From Basidiobolus meristosporus CBS 931.73 (taxonomy: Eukaryota > Fungi > Basidiobolomycota), in NCBI GenBank assembly GCA_002104905.1, contig MCFE01000164.1, positions 1-64,000 of the forward strand: a stretch of DNA of 64,000 bases, read 5' to 3'. The notes beneath the pieces were generated by a model. It searched no databases. It had not been told where the DNA came from and was given only the letters and a program-made list of their open reading frames with translations. Shown in pieces: positions 62,260 through 64,000 of this stretch; the stretch's first letter is position 1; each line of letters opens with the position of its first letter. The translations under genes and the position numbers were made by a program.

Positions 62260-64000
62260 TAATATAAGATTCAATGATGTCATGCCATGGTAAGTATTAT
62301 AAATGAAGTTGTGGCACCGTATGCACATAAATATGGAACACTATTTCCCCTTTAGCTTGACTTACTTCCATATGTATGCCAGCAAAAAATAAAGCAAAGT
62401 TGTCTGGTTCCCAACCAAACCTCACTGCTGACAGCAGCAAAAGAAAGGCTGGACAACATCTTGCTTAGAGGTTTAGTGCAACAAGCAGGGCTACAACCAA
62501 AAAAGACCCTGTGGACTGTGTGCCCACTGAAGGTAATAATGTGGACTCCGCAGGCCCTCAGCCAAGTAGGCAATTGGAAATCTCCGCAGAGCCAGAAACT
62601 GACAATTTTTCTGAGGCAGATGGAATGTAGTAAAAGCAGTACCTTCAGTTGAAGATCAGCAAATGGCTGTCATAACATCATCATCACCTATTTTTGCAAG
62701 TATGATGTTAGCTTATACAAAAGCACCAATGAAGCAACTAGGTGCAGTGACTGATAGAATAGATGCAGTGACCATGAGAAATCAGGAAGTAGTACAGAAG
62801 CAGGATGAGTGCACAAAAGGTGTAAACCAAGCAGTATCTTAGGTAGCAAAGGCTGTATCTTTGCTGCAAAGAAGGAACTCAAGTAGCTCAGTGTCACAGC
62901 CAAGAATTTAGCCATTTCCCAATGTAACAGCATACAAACACTGCACAGTCTTTGAGGCACCACAATAGTGCCCAAAGATAGAGCATATAGAACAACTTAT
63001 CACAGCATGGGAGGGAGATAATGTGGGGTTTGCAACAAAGCCCAAAAATTATAAGACATTGAAGACAGGTGAAGCTGTTGAGTGCAATGATGTAGAGTGA
63101 GCAAATGTTCAAGAGACCATTAGAAGTCTAGCATGCCATCACCTTAAGGCCTGCATACCTTGGGACCATCAGGAACTCAAGGCCCAGCAGAATGCACTTG
63201 GCTTGCTCCTCAAGCATTATCCTGGATTCATACAAGCAATCAAGATTTTGGGCTAGCATTGGTATGCTAAGAAAGTATCTCAGGAATAGCAGAAACTATC
63301 AAAGGCAGAAGAACAAGGGTGCAATGGCTAAAAACTCGCAACTTCCTCAAGGGCTTGTCACAAGCAGGGCCAAAAGCTGCAAACAAGTTTTTGAAGAGGC
63401 ATCAGGTTGCTGGAAGAGTACCAATAGGGGAGATGCAGGCAGACACATATGCAGCAGCACAACATTTACTGCAGAAAATGTGCAGTCCTACTCAAGAAGC
63501 ACTCAGTCAAAGTGGCAATGAAGGACCTGGCAGTGATCAAAACAAGCAGCTACCTCAGAGCCTGTCACTCCATGGGTGGAGAGCTTAAAACAAGTGGAAA
63601 GAAGCATCAGGTTGCCTGCAGAGTGCCAGCAAAGAACAAGCAGTCCAAAATAAATGCGTCAGAGCAGAATATATCAAGGAGAAAATGTAGTTCATTAAAA
63701 TAAGCAATCAGACAAAGCAGCAGTGAATGACCGGTCCATGATAAAGGAAAAGGCAAAGGGTAAAAGCTTACCCAAGCCAGAGACAGTGAAGCTTCAGAAA
63801 AAGCTGCAGTTCATGCCAATTAATGCTGTTAGCCCAGAACAGACTGAATCCCATAATAACCTCAAAGAATTACCAACAAGAATACAACTGCTGTCACAAT
63901 AGTCAGAAGTGCAGCCAGTTGAGCTGCACTCCAGTGAGGTAGATGAGTTTACAGAGAAAGGAAGTCTGTCTACCAGAGCCTTCACATCCTCTGTTGTTAA
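62260..64000 (+). pseudogene. Degenerate accessory (TnpA-like) ORF of the CACTA element, downstream of the transposase; runs off the window
   Basis: Collinear homolog of 58292-56269(-). Same 66-nt intron at 62290-62355. Many stops. Confidence 0.65.

Noticed and set aside
1-64000. CRISPR arrays, rRNA, prokaryotic operons, telomeric repeats
   Set aside because: None seen. The repeats present are LTRs and TE copies, and the genes are spliceosomal-intron eukaryotic genes.

Overview
Eukaryotic DNA, most likely from an early-diverging (non-Dikarya) fungus. This is inferred from the ~55-60 nt GT-AG introns, a WNK kinase and a fungal-type homeodomain. The window alternates between two kinds of territory. 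The CpG-rich gene islands (1-~9.5 kb and ~21.5-35.9 kb) carry an intronless homeodomain TF, a convergent pair of paralogous Mig1/CreA/Egr-like C2H2 TFs, an 8-exon WNK kinase with a C-terminal SAM-like domain and an 11-exon NAD(P)HX dehydratase (NAXD). The almost CpG-free transposon islands (~9.55-21.5 kb and ~35.9-64 kb) hold nested and rearranged copies of one Ty1/copia family, one full-length Ty3/gypsy element plus three solo LTRs of that family, a solo LTR of a third family, and two inverted CACTA/CMC-EnSpm-like copies. The most notable observation is that all four insertions of the gypsy family sit inside other transposons at 4-bp target duplications that have, or reconstruct to, a central CpG (ACGG three times, GCGT once). 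Second, repeats show strong CpG decay and possibly CpA decay, visible in LTR pairs, target duplications, the primer-binding site and stop codons. All coordinates, alignments and counts were made by eye.
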